DNA from: Trichosphaerium sp. ATCC 40318
Lineage: Eukaryota > Protista > Tubulinea
Assembly: GCA_038496445.1 (NCBI GenBank)
Contig: JALMLS010000500.1
Span: 18,972 to 82,971 of the forward strand
DNA length: 64,000 nt
Direction: 5' to 3'
The notes below the pieces were generated by a model. The model saw nothing but the letters and a program-made list of their open reading frames with translations. It made no database searches and was not told the DNA's origin. Below are positions 12,908 to 26,100 of the stretch, in pieces (the stretch's first letter is position 1; each line of letters starts with the position of its first letter). A program made the translations under genes and the position numbers.

Positions 12908-15900
12908 ATGGCTTCATCTAAAGTGTTTTCTGTGCATTTTGCCGATGGCTACGTGAGTCGTATGACATTGAAGCCCCATTTGAAGCTACGACATGTATTA
13001 CACACAAAGGCGGGCAAACGGGGCATAAATCCCGATGCCTTCCTTGCAAAGGATAAAAACGGAAATGTTTTAAACGTCAATGATACTCTGGGTAGTTTAC
13101 AACACTTGGAAGTTTTCTTTACGCAACCGAAATTTACTAGAGGTAAAAACACTTGCAAAAGTAATGAAAACAATTATTTAAATGTTTTCTAGGCGTATTT
13201 AAGGGTGATGGAATACCTGACAGCGTGTTCAGTGGTGAGCAAGAATCGTTCAAAATTACCACCCCAGCCAGTACCCAATTGAGCGACATCACTGTATTAA
13301 TACGAATGAAGAAGTCTAAAACGGAGGCATCAATAAGTCGAACTTCAAACGGCAATTTTTCTGTATTCTGGTGCGTTTTGATTGTCACTGCACGCACGTA
13401 AAACTGCGATCCTTTTGTTTTACGCGGTTTTAATTATAGTTGGAGTAATTCGAGCTAACAATAACCAAGGACTCCACCCCAAGCCGGTGTATATACGATC
13501 ACAGTGTTCGTTGGTGGCGTTATGATGCAAGGTACTTAGCGCGACAAGTTTTATTTATAATTCTATTTGTTTGCTAATCGATCTATCTAGATTGTCCTAT
13601 GCGTGTAGAGATAAAGCGTGCGTTTGTTTATAACTAAATATCTTCACTACGATCTGTTTTTTTTCCAAAAGGCAAAACAAGTACTAATTGGGCATTAGCT
13701 CCACCTGCCACACGCAAACTTGTAAAATGTTGGGCTCCATTCGAAGCACTTGAGAAAGGAGAAATACCTCTTGATGTTAGCGACATATGTGAGGTTTATT
13801 GCGAGCAAGGTGATTGGTGGGAAGGTAAAAACTTGCGTACACTTGATACTGGATGGTTTCCAAAGGATTTTTGTGCATCTGTCGAGTCTGATGAAATTAC
13901 TGAAAACCAGATTTCTTCAAAGTTGTCAAAAGCAACGATAAATGCTCTCATTTCATCTCCAAGAAAACCAAACAAGTATGGGCGCTATGGCATAAGAAAT
14001 GCCGAAGACTCAGTGCTACTACAGAGCTTTATAAGTTGTTTTAATTTTACAACTGAATCGACATCAAATGTTGATTATCATTATAAAACAATCACAAAGA
14101 GGCGTACATTACCACTTGAGAGGACTGGATGTAAAATAGACGCATCGCAAACAAAAGAACTACATAATTTATTAATCAAGCTCGAAATACCTTTCTTGGT
14201 TCCAGAGTTTGTACCAATACCAACTCCTAAGCGTAATATAAGCTACACAACTGAAGAAAGTGACTCAGATGAGGGCGTAAGTGTGAAGAAAAGAGGATGT
14301 CTTTTTTGAGAAAAAGGTCGTTCCTCATGTTGATTTTTTAGGAAGTACCAGAAGAGCTTATAAGATCAAGAAGAACTCCCACAAAAAAGAAATCAAAGAA
14401 AAAATTCTATCGCCTAGTCAAACAGAAATTAGGTACGTCACGTGGACTTATTTTTCCAGTTTTGTAAGGAAACTAAACTTGTAACAGGAGACAAATTGAA
14501 AAAAACAAGCACTAAAGATCTTCCACCAGAAGATGCTCCTAGAGTACAGTACTTATCAGGATCTGTTCGAACAGCTGTTACCTTGATGGGTGATACCAAT
14601 CCTTCACGTGGCTTAGCACATGTGGAACCTCCACAAGGGTTTGAACGCTTAGTAGTACGGCACAACAATCTTGTATTTTTTTTTGCAAAGCCCGAACCTC
14701 TGCTGTAGTTTGCATTTTTCTAACAGTTTATGTAGACACGCAAGGAGACTGTTACGAGAGTGAGACTATCACCTCGACAACCAATGTCAAGCCGTAATCG
14801 CGTGTTTGACGCAGTGGACGATGTTGACGCTGATACACGTGATAATGTTACAATTACTAGACCTTCATTGCTAATTCCAAATTCTACTGGTGGTACAAGC
14901 GCACTTACAGATTCAAAAAATTCTGGACTAGTAAAAAATAGTTCCACTGACGCTATTGTCGATGATGGTAACGCTGAACATTCTAAAAAGAGTGCACGAC
15001 AGTATATAAGCGAGCAAAGTGATTTTGAAGACTCCACTATACAAGACGTAACAAGTGATGAAGAAAAAAGTAAAGACAGCACTTCTTCTCGAATCAGTTT
15101 TCAGTCAGAGAATACAGAAGAACAACTAGATGAAGATGAAGAAGAATTAAGTTTATCAACACCAAGTGAAAGCGAAGAAGAAAGCCAGAAGAGACCAGTT
15201 GATCAAGCTGTTAAACGAAAAGAAACCGAACAAGAATCTACTGATGAAAGTGAAGTTGATGATTCTTTTAATCCTATAACAAGAGTGTTATCTCACTACT
15301 CACAGATATCAGAGAGTTCTACAGAGCCAGAAAAGAAGTTTAAAAAGCCACCAATGGTTAAATCAGCTACAACTGTACCAATCAGAAATAGTTTTACAAG
15401 AGAGATAAGCACTATTCCAGAAGAACCAGCGAATACTTTTCATGGAAAAGCTCTAAACTCTGATGCCAGTAGTAGATCTGTCTTTCAAAGAGCATTAGAT
15501 AAGGCTAGACTTGCTGCTAGACAAAGTGTTCATGTAGCTCCTTCAGATGCTGATAGTGCTGTTTCTTCATCTTTGAGAGAATCTGGTTCTGGTGTAAGTT
15601 TTTTTTTTCAAGCTCTTTGTTGTTGCTGTTCTTTAGTCGTTTTTTTTGACAAAGTATTAACTTGATAATAGGCTCAAGGGACTGCTGCCGATACTGCTAC
15701 AAGTGATGATGATGGTGATAACTCTGAAGACGATATTAAACTTCCTAGCTGGGCAGTGGAGATTGACTATCCAATACAAAAGTATAAAGAAGAACGTAAT
15801 GTAAAGGGGTGGCCTGATATCTTTATTGCTACTTCTTATGTTGTTTCAAAAGATCCTCTTTCTTTGTATGTTGTACGTAGGATGCTTAAAGAGTATCCAG

Positions 15901-16250
15901 ACTGTGTCAACGATGCTAATCAACAGGTACAATAACCAAGAAGAATCATCACTTATTTTCTCTTTTTTTTTAAGGGTTCTACAGCACTACATATAGCTGC
16001 AAACTATGGCAATGAAGACATGGTTCAGATTCTTCTTGCGTCATCAGCTGATCCAACATTATCAAACAATTGGGGTATGTTATTCTGCAGTACATGCCAA
16101 CAAGTGTTCTTGTCTTAACTTTTTTTTTTTCATCAGGTGATACGCCTATAACTATTGCACATAACCTTAACCATAAGAATATAATTAAAATTTTTGTAAA
16201 GAGAGGGTTTAAAGAAGCTAAAAAACTCAAGAAAGCTAAAAAGCGATGAT
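12908..16250 (+). CDS. Multidomain scaffold: Ras-binding/ubiquitin-like, filamin-like Ig, SH3, acidic linker, C-terminal ankyrin repeats
   Basis: VFSVHFADG..RGINP (RBD-like); FKGDGI...YTITVFVGG...CPMRV (filamin-like); APFEALEKGEI...GDWWEGKNLRTLDTGWFPKDF (SH3); GSTALHIAANYG...GDTPITIAH (ankyrin). The middle exon junctions I checked stay in frame. Confidence 0.75.
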
Positions 16251-16489
16251 CATGTGATCACATTGCTACTGTACAATAGATATTCTATGCTTTTAGTCTT
16301 GTTTATTTTTTGCTTATTCAATTGCTACAAAACTATTGTAAACCAACGACGTGTTTGGAAACAGACCTTGCAAGGACCAAGCGATAGTCAAAAAAAATTA
16401 GCAAAAAGTGTGAAGTGTCCATTGATTGTCTGTTTCAGGTACTATTACTATGTCAATCTTATATTATGGTTGTTGCAATTTCAGTTATT

Positions 16490-17871
16490 TTAGTGACTCA
16501 GTATAAACGTAGCGTACTTGTACGATATTTGTTTATCATCTGGTAATCTCCAATATGGCGTTTTGTGCTGTTTAAAACCCATAACAATAAAGTGATGAAA
16601 AGGACATAGAAAATACGTTGAATTGGCAGAACGAGGGTAAGCGTTAGCATACCTTTCATTGTCAAAATCGCCAATAGTTTCATCATTTACAGCATTATGT
16701 AAATAGCCATACAAAGTATCCTGTGTATCATTAACGGTTGTTTTAGGCATCATGTCAATTGGTAAATGATTATTGAAGTATCTTATTATTTTTTCAAATG
16801 ATGTTGTTACTATAAACTTTTCTGGTTTCTTTCCAAGATAATAATCATACTGATCAATAAAAGTTCTTTTGTAAGGAATTATTGATTGATCTATCTTTAT
16901 AATGAACTCTTCAACAGACCTTGAAAAATAGTGTAATATCTTCATTGAATTAACACTATTAACCATCTTTGCAGTTCCTTTATTATCATAGCCACAAAGA
17001 ACGTCTTCTTCGTGCTTCCATCCAGCACATTGAATATCATGTATACCAACTCTTGTTGTACTTTCGGGACGAAAAATCGTTTTACCACAGCCAAACACAT
17101 TCCTTTCTCTAGGTGCGTCTATTAACCCATTGGAGCGTGCATGAAGCATCCCGCAGGTATTGACTACTGACCATTTTATAGATAAACCACATGCTGTATT
17201 ATCATAAGGTAGATGTGGGTCCTCACGTTCTTGTTGTGGATCCTTTGTTCTTCTATTTTCATGTTCTTCCAAGAAGTTGTATGCTGCATTAATATCTGAC
17301 CCGTCTTCTTCAGGGTTTTTGAGGTAATGAAGATACTCATCAGTATGAAGAACAATCATCCAATCTGAAGTATTACCATAGAAAAGATTGCAACTACAAG
17401 AGTATGTGAGTGTAACTAAAAGTGAACTTGTATATTATCATACTTGTTGTGTATAACTGTTAGCTTGTCATTAGTGACTTTCTCTTTAGAATTGCCATAT
17501 AATGTTACTAGACCATGGTCAATAAAGTCTTTTAATTGTTCTGGTAGCTTAGATGAATCATGGTTATTATCAAACAGAAAGATATGATCAACACCAGCCA
17601 AGATGTTCCAAACAACCCATTGCCTTATTCTGTATTCGTTTTTTGTTGGTGCACATGCACCGAATCTGTATGTTTTGTTTTTCAAGCTGGCATCTACTGT
17701 ATCTGTTAAGAGGTTCCAGTTGATTTTGTTGTATGCAAATTCGCCTCTTTTTGTTTGCAACGTTCTTAGTGTTGTACTTGATCTTGAAGCACATAAGTAG
17801 TATACAGTACTCGCTAATAGCACTAGCATCCAAAGTAACAGTACTTTACGCCTATTGCTCATTGTGTGCAT
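16490..17871 (-). CDS. Type II membrane glycosyltransferase, GT92/DUF23-like, one intron
   Basis: N-terminal signal anchor (RRKVLLLWMLVLLASTVYYL), then CAPTKNEYRIRQWVVWNILAGVDHIFLFDNN, DWMIVLHTDEY, GKTIFRP and ILHYFSRS. Confidence 0.75.
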
Positions 17872-18133
17872 TCAAGATGATGAATTGACGTAGATTGTAT
17901 TCAAATCACTTCACAACACACTTCTGAGTTAGGTTACGCATTTAGAACACCTTTTATCGTAACAGGACGTGCAATCAAATACTTGTTTCAAACTCGAGAT
18001 TCTGTCCATGACTTGCTTTGATTTTAGTGTATAAAAACAAAGCCAGTTCATATTACAAAATTTCCGTTAGAAATTCTTCAAATAAGTGCGCTACAGTTCT
18101 AACAAAACAAGTGCCTTTTGGAATTTTATTTCG

Positions 18134-19566
18134 TTATTGAGATTTCTTATCAGATATTGCTTCGAGTGTTTCAGGATCTTCTACGTACTTACGTATGAGT
18201 TTTCCAAGCTTTGCTGCCTATGTAAATAATTTAGTAATCAATACAGGCCAACAAACTGACCTGAAAGCCGTCCAAGTATCTGTGGTCAAGGGTGACATTG
18301 AGGTTCATACGTGGCCTAAGTTATATGATCAGTAACTGGAACAACATAATCTTAGTACCTTATTACTATTTCTCCTTCATGTGCAACTACTTTATCAGAA
18401 ATAGCACCAACAAGAATGACACAAGGTGTATGAAAAAATGGGGAAAATGGAGCATACTACAAAGCTAGTTAGTTCTCTTGTGGAAAACAGCATTTCCAGC
18501 GAAGTTCGCTTGTGCATACCGCTTCATCAATACCCATAGAGCCCATATTAGTTACTACAACAGTTCCAAAAGGGAATCTTTTGATACCAACGGCCTTTAA
18601 TCAACAAAGTAAATAAAAACGATTCATAACAATTCTTGAGATGATTTTTTTTTGGACGTACAGACAAATCTAAGCCAACCGCACTCGCCAAGAAACCTCC
18701 CATATGGACTACTGGTCGTAATAAAAATGTAGGCAAGAGTCTAAAAAATCACGTGAGCGAGTCCGTTCTAGATATTCGAAAAACACAAAAAAGGGTTTAC
18801 CTGGCGAGGTTGACGCTCTTGTTAAAGTCCTTGTCTTTTCCAGCACGTAGTTTGGTTACGTGAGCTGTCATTTCATCTATAAACGCATCCATAGATTTAC
18901 TAGAAAAGCAATTAAAGCAAGAGGAAAATGAAGAAAAAACAAATGGATCCTCACTTGTCAAGGTCTGAAATTGTGACTCCTACAAGGTTATCACCACCTT
19001 CTACTGTAGCCAATATAGATATATCTGCCGTCTAGAGCAAAACTGAGACACGTTCTCAAAGTAAAGCCTTTGAAAATGTGATGGTTTTTTCTGACTGAGA
19101 AAGCCGACACGTACTTTTTTAGGCAAGTATCGGCCCCATAAGATACGCCCGTTGAATCTTGGCATGGTTTTTATTGTGTGGGCGACCGCTTTGCCTTTTG
19201 GGTAATGTTAGTATTTTTGTTGTTGTGTACGTTGCGTACTTATGACGTGCGTGGCGGTAACTTTTTTGCCTGTGGTGTCTCTGTACTTTTTTATGTACTT
19301 GAGTAAATTGGTACAGTCGATTTCTAGCTTAGTGTAGATATTCGAATCTGATTGTGCTGACCATGTTGATATGGCTATTTTTTGTCTGAGTTCGTTAGTG
19401 TCAATGAGAAAAAGCTTTAAATCGAAAATAAATACCTCACGCTCATTCCAGTAGATGTAAAACGCCATAAGAACGCAATGAACGCAATAATCACTGGCCA
19501 GAATATTATCGCGGGTAGAATAGAGTATAGAGCGTAGGTAACAATCGCAGCTGTTAACCAACCCAT
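18134..19566 (-). CDS. 2-oxo-acid dehydrogenase E2-type acyltransferase, catalytic domain only, with an N-terminal hydrophobic anchor
   Basis: KVTATHVI, PRFNGRILWG, FGTVVVTNMGSMGID and the catalytic VTLDHRYLDG. First exon MGWLTAAIVTYALYSILPAIIFWPVIIAFIAFLW. Confidence 0.85.
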
Positions 19567-20188
19567 AACGAACTCTTACAGACTGTCTCAAAATGAAAGG
19601 TGATTGATTCGAATGAACGATTTTATAAAGTCAATGTCATTCAGCTGTGAAGCCAATGGGCGAATTCAAAGGCCTCTAAACAAATGTGGATTGTCAAAAC
19701 GTTGTGTGGGTTTCGAAGTAGTACACATACTTTGACCTAAGTGTACAACTTTACTCACGTGATATTCCTCTTTAATGTTTTTGCTAATGGGGTTGAATTT
19801 GAAATGCTGATGCATGTGTTTGGTTGCAGGCAGCTTAGAAGGAGTTGTGAAGGACGTAGTGGATCGCGTGGGGAAATGTTAAAACTTAGTGAAGAAACGC
19901 TGCTCGACCTTTTGCATAAACTAGTGTTAAAATTGTCTTTCTCTTCTAGTGAAGAAATTAAATCAATAGCACTTTCCTGTAAGTTTGTACTTTAGCTGAG
20001 CGCTACTATGCAGAGTATCCTAACTTTAGATTTTGTGTTGCATTGAATTGTTAAAGGAAGATCACGTGATAGTTAGCCGAGCTGTCCAAGTACCAAGATG
20101 CTTGCTGGTACCTGCCACTGTAAATAGCACTTGGCTATGTACTGTTTTGACCAATGTCGACCATTTAACTGATTGTATTTCTACAGTG

Positions 20189-22854
20189 ATGCTGCAATCA
20201 AAGGTACATGCTTACTTGGGATGTAACGAACCCAAATATAGATTAAAATCGAGTAATAGATCCTTAAGGATGCAAAGGAGCACTTGAAAATCGATAATGT
20301 AGTCGTTAGCCAAACGAAGTCACTAACAGACTCTAAAACATTTTCTGGGTACTTGGCGGTTCTAGAAACAGTACGTTATTGGCTTCTAATAGTAATCCCA
20401 TCAATTCGCGAACAATTTGTTGAAAATAAACAATTGGAGTGTTAAAAACTTATAAGGACGGACAATACGTTATTGCTTGGACGTCATACTACAGAAATTC
20501 CAATCTCAGTGATCAAACTGAATGGCTTGACGTTGGCACGGGTGAAGACGTAACTGCGAGTACGTTCCAATTGCTTACAGCCTTTTGGGCGTTACCCGAT
20601 TTATTTTCTGTGCCATTTGTCATTTACTCGGTATTAGCTGATGCAAAACGCGCAAATGCACAAAACAAAGGTGATTGCAATCAAACCCAAGTCGCCAAAG
20701 GTAACAAAAATCACCTGTCACTTTCTCGAGCTTACTATTAATTCTCAGATTATGAGATACGATTACCACTATCAACAATCAAGTAACCATTTACAGCTTG
20801 TACGGTTTTACTTACTACTGTACAGGACAGTTAGGACTTCAATACCACCTCTTGGATCAGGTTATGCACGTCTCATCTTCATGACAAATGATCAAGTGCC
20901 ACATCAGTTCTTTTTCAAAAATAGAACGTCGGTAAAGCAATTCATGGACGAATTACGAAACTACACATATGTCACAAGGTAATAATGAAAGCCTATAATA
21001 GCTTAATGATAATATTAAGTATTAAACTAGGTCTCATGATGATTCACACTTGTATTACTTGAATGACTCCTCAGATCCTTTTCGTCGTAGTGTTCTCACT
21101 CTACTCAACAATCCAAATAATATGGATTACGGTTCTAGACATGGTGATAATTCTTGGGATGTATTTGGAGTTAAGATGCTGTCAAAGTTTTCTAAGGTCA
21201 CCGGATTCTCTAAAGGTAAGTATTAGTTTACATACGATTTTATTAATTAAGTTAGATTTATGGATAGATAAGATGTCATTGACTCCTACTCAACCATCAA
21301 CCAGTAGCAATACAGTTCCTGTATCAAGCAGTTTAGGATCTTTTGAGTTACTTCAAGATGAACTGACTGATTCAGCAGCTGTTAAAGTGCGATTACATAT
21401 GTTACATTTAATCTTTCTTATTTCGGTTAGACTGCGATGAAGATTTCCAACACTGTTCCAAGAGGCAAACCTCTCACTGCAACTCAATGGAAAAAGAGTT
21501 TTGACAAAGAGGGTAGGTTAACCAACCCTACTAGCATTCGTGCGACTATAGCTTTAGGAGTACGAAAAAGCACATGCATAATTCCAGGTTAACTTTTCTG
21601 TAAGGGAATGGATCCTTCAATTCGTGAGGAAGTCTGGAAGTACTTATTGAAGTACTATCCTTGGGACTCAACAAAAGCCCAGAGAACCGAATTACGTATA
21701 AAGAAGGCGTATGCAATGTATGTAACCGTATGTAGTGTTAAATGTTATGTAGGAAAGAATATGAAGCATACAAGGGTCAGTGGACGACAATCACTGCTGA
21801 GCAAGAAACACATCACTCCAAATTTAGACAAAAGCGTCACCGTATAGGTATGTAACCACTGGTACTATTTTATTCTTACTTTGAGTATAGAAAAGGATGT
21901 TTGGAGAACAGACAGGGAACATCCACTTTATAAGGACAAAGAAGGAGAAGGCTTAAAAACCCTCTATGATATTCTCATGACTTATTGTTTCTTCAACTGG
22001 GATTTAGGTATAACTATCTGACACCCTTTTAAAGTACTAAGTCAATATCCAGGATATGTACAAGGCATGAATGACTTGCTGTCGCCTCTTTTGATATTAA
22101 TGAAGAATCCTACGGATACTTTTTGGTGCTTTAAGGGATTGATGGACGAGATGGTAGTACAGTTTATCTATTTTCTGTGAACTAACGACTGTAGGCCAAA
22201 AATTTCGATAAAGATCAAATTGGTATGCGTACACAGCTCATGCAATTGTCAAGACTTGTGCGTGTATTGGATAGGCAACTATACGATTACCTAGGTACGA
22301 CGCATTTGAAATAGAACTTGTGGGTTTTTTTTGGTCTTTTCTCACTTTTTTATGTTTCTAGAGAAAGTTGAATGTTTAAATATGTTCTACTGCTTCCGTT
22401 GGATACTCATTGCTTTTAAACGTGAATTTGCAAGTTCTCAAGTTGCTATCATTTGGGAGGTAGCTGACTTTTGTGATTTTTATTCTTTGGTAAAGTTAAC
22501 ACTTCTGTTAGAGTTGTTGGGCTCATACTTGCCCTCACATGCATTTATTTGTAGCAGCTGCTATTCTAATTAAATTTCGTGGTGTTATAATGACCCAAGA
22601 GATGAAATTTGATAACTTACTTCAAGTACGAGTGCTTGTTTTATATCAATGCTCGTTTTAACTTATTTTTGATAGTTCACAAATGGTTTGGCACGTAAGT
22701 TGGATCATATTGGTCTCCTTGAATCCGCTGAAGGTCTCTACCTGTCGTTTTTGAAGGAAGACGATGCAATAAAGGTAACAACAGCATAAATCAAAAAAGT
22801 ATCAAAAGTTAATGGGTTTTTAAGGAACGTGTCTTCGACGTAGATAAGCAGTGA
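20189..22854 (+). CDS. TBC-domain Rab GAP, TBC1D15/17 (Gyp7)-like
   Basis: GMDPSIREEVWKYLLKYYPWDST, IEKDVWRTDR (R finger), GYVQGMNDLLSP (Q finger) and MFYCFRWILIAFKREF. The start codon is inferred. Confidence 0.9.
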
Positions 22855-23137
22855 GTACAATGCTGCTACAACCCTCTAGCCACTGTAATCACTATAAACA
22901 CTTTTTTATTTTCCCACAATTACCAAATCATGTGAGCACTTGTACTTGGTTAATTGGTTGTTATGACATTTGTCTAACTGTGACCAACTAATGTAATTAT
23001 CTGTCGCAAATAACGACGCTAAAAGCTTGACCTGTACTAGTATTAGGCGATCCATTAGCGACATTCAAGGTTTAACGGCTCGTCTGAGGAGACTAATCAA
23101 TAGCCGGGTAAAACAATCATACATAACCCTCGAAGTT

Positions 23138-26100
23138 ATGTCTAGTCTATTGGTATGTGGTTTTGTGCTGTTGGAAGCAAATGAGACATGTTAAGTTTTT
23201 TTTCGCTTATTTCAAATTAGCACAGATTTGCCGCGCAACGTACAACGAACGAATTAATCATAGCGTATTTATTAACGTATATAGATGTCGAAGACGCGTT
23301 CTGGGCGAACAATTAATGAGAAACGCCATAAATCGGCGTTAGAAGACCTAGCCGCTGTCAGAAGTGGTGGTGCAAGCCGTCTGGATACTTTGGAGGTAAT
23401 TTACATGTTAACATAACGGTTACTAACACAAAACAAGCTTGATGATACTTCAGTACTCGTAGAACTCAACGACGATGAGTTCCAGAAACACGTTCAAAAG
23501 CGGCGCACGGATAACTTCAGAACAGTCGTTGATGACGTTGGTACGTTAAACCATGTGCTGAATACGCGACAGGATGACCTGACGCCTATTGTAGAGGGAG
23601 AATATACGGATATTGGCGGGGAAGATATATACTACACAGAAGGAGATGAGTACTCCGACGACGAGGATGTAGCGCCAACAAAACGCGGGAAGCGCAAACG
23701 TAAGTTTCCCCTTTATAAAACATTGAACGCTATTCAAACCTTACCACAACGATAGGGAATACTGCCAAACTCACAGCAGAGCAGCTTAAAAAGAAGCGTA
23801 GGCTTGAGAAGAAAAGAGAGGCAAACCGTACGCCTAGTAAACAATTGGAACAGATGTGGTATAAACAAGTTCAACATAAGACCACTAAGAAGGTACGTTG
23901 GCGCCTTTTTCTTGTTCCAAAATCAGAGATTTAACAAAAACCGGTTGAACGTCCTTGTTTCGTTAGTCGTATTCACTTCGCTTGTAGGTAATTAAACCAG
24001 AGCCTCCTTCATACTCGTCAGCTTTCTCAAACGAAAACACCGATCTCAATGCTATGTACAGCCAAATGTACAGTAATCCACACGGTACCAAGAAGTCTAC
24101 AAAAGGCAAGAAAGGCAAAACGAAACGTGGTAAAAAACCAAAACGGATGGGCGTATACGCTTCACAAGATAGCCTCAATAGTTCAATATCAAACTTGTCT
24201 GTAAGTGGCGATAGCGTATCTAGCAGTAAAGCAATGGACATAGAGCCAAAGACACAAGCATCTCCTAAACCGCAACAAGCAAAAAAGCCAGTGAAACAAC
24301 CAGTAAAACAGGTACAGTATTCACTAAACGTGATTTGGATCAAAACTTACATTTTTTTTTTAAATAGGTTGTACGCGTTGATAAGAAACCTGTTCTGGTC
24401 GCTAAGAAGCCTGCCTCGAAACCTAGTGCTCCTAAATCAGCTTACGATGTTTCTGCAAAGCCTGTTGCTGCATCAAGCGCCGGTGCCTTTGCTGCAGAAG
24501 ATGATAAATTCGAACAAACTGGCGAAGATTTCTTCCAAGTCGCTGGTTCAATATCTAATACTCCAACTCAAAAGAGTAAGTTTTTGTCTCTCACAAAAAA
24601 AACCGTCACGCTCATTTCCTCGTTTCTAGGCAAAGCTAGCTTCCGTTCTTTACCTGCTCCATTGAATGAGCAAGGATTAATGCACATGTACTGGATAGAT
24701 ATGCAACAAGATAAAAGACAAAGAGGTTTGTGGACTTTTCTTTTTTCTTGTTTTTTTTTTAAATAGGGTCATTCAAGTATGATTATTTACGACTTTATTA
24801 GATACTGTCCACATTTTTGGTAAAGTGTACAGTGATACTACACGCCAATGGGTATCATGCTGTGTTCACGTTACAAACATTGAACGTACACTCCTAATAG
24901 CTCCAAGAAAGTTTCCAGAACAAATTAATGAAGAAAAGTCTGCAGATTCTAGGGAATGCTACTTTGGTACTTTTTTAGCGAATTGTTTTAGTGAAATTGC
25001 TTGCAGTGACTTACATTTTTATGCTATAGATAAGCTAAACTTGGCCGCTGATAGGCCTGTGGATATAAATAAAGATGTTTTGGGTGAATTTAACCTCATC
25101 AGACAAAAGCACAGAATTGGAAATGTCATGTCAAAAATTGTAAAGAGAAAGTATGCTTTTGAAATAGAGGGTACGCAATACTCTTCGGGGTTTTTTACCA
25201 GCCTTTTTTTTGCCTCTTTATTGCGATTCTTAGAAACCTCGTAATTTTGTTTCTCTATTCTTTTTTGCTATTCTAGTTCTCACAGCTAGCCTAGATGTTG
25301 AGCAAGGAGAATCAGAATATGTCAAAGTTATTTACTCTGGAAAAGACGCTCAAATTGACCAAAAATACCTTACTGGTAACACATACTCTCGTATCTTTGG
25401 TTCCCAGACAAGCGCGCTTGAATCATTGATTGTAAAGCGTAAGATTAAGGGACCAAGCTGGCTTGTTCTACGCAAACCAAAAAGAGCTACATCGCTTGTT
25501 TCATGGTGTAAGATGGAACTTACACTTGATGATCCTAGAGCTATAGCTGTATCTGAAGAACAACCAAAGCCTCCACCACTTGTTGTCATGTCACTAAAGG
25601 TCACACCAGCCTTCAACCGAGATAAAAACCAAAACGAAGTGTGCTGCGTCACTGGATTATATCACACTGCAGGTTCGTTTTATTACCATTTTTTTTATTG
25701 CTAGTCAGCCTTTCTTTGTCTTCTGACAAGCATCTAGTGAACCCTGATGAGATTCTTTCGAATCCTAAACGTGGTATTCGCTATTTCACAGCAGTAAGGC
25801 GCCTACCTAAGGTCAGCTTTCCACATGACTTTGAATCAAATGTGAAACGTCAAAAGAAAAATATTGAAGTTCACAGAAACGAGGCTAGTATGCTCAATTC
25901 TCTAATGGGTGCGTTGCTCTTTTGAGAAAATTTTTTGTTCTTTGGACATTTTCTTCTGTGCCTATTTTGCTTTCTTATAGTTTTCCCTAGCATCCATCAT
26001 TACTGTAGACCCTGATGTAGTAGTTGGACACAATTTTATTGGTTTTGATTTAGATGTACTCTTGCATCGTATGAGACACTGTAAAGTAGCCAATTGGGAT

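Noticed and set aside
19600-20180. Small ORFs between the E2-like and TBC genes
   Set aside because: No consistent exon chain or homology; likely a shared promoter or UTR with introns.
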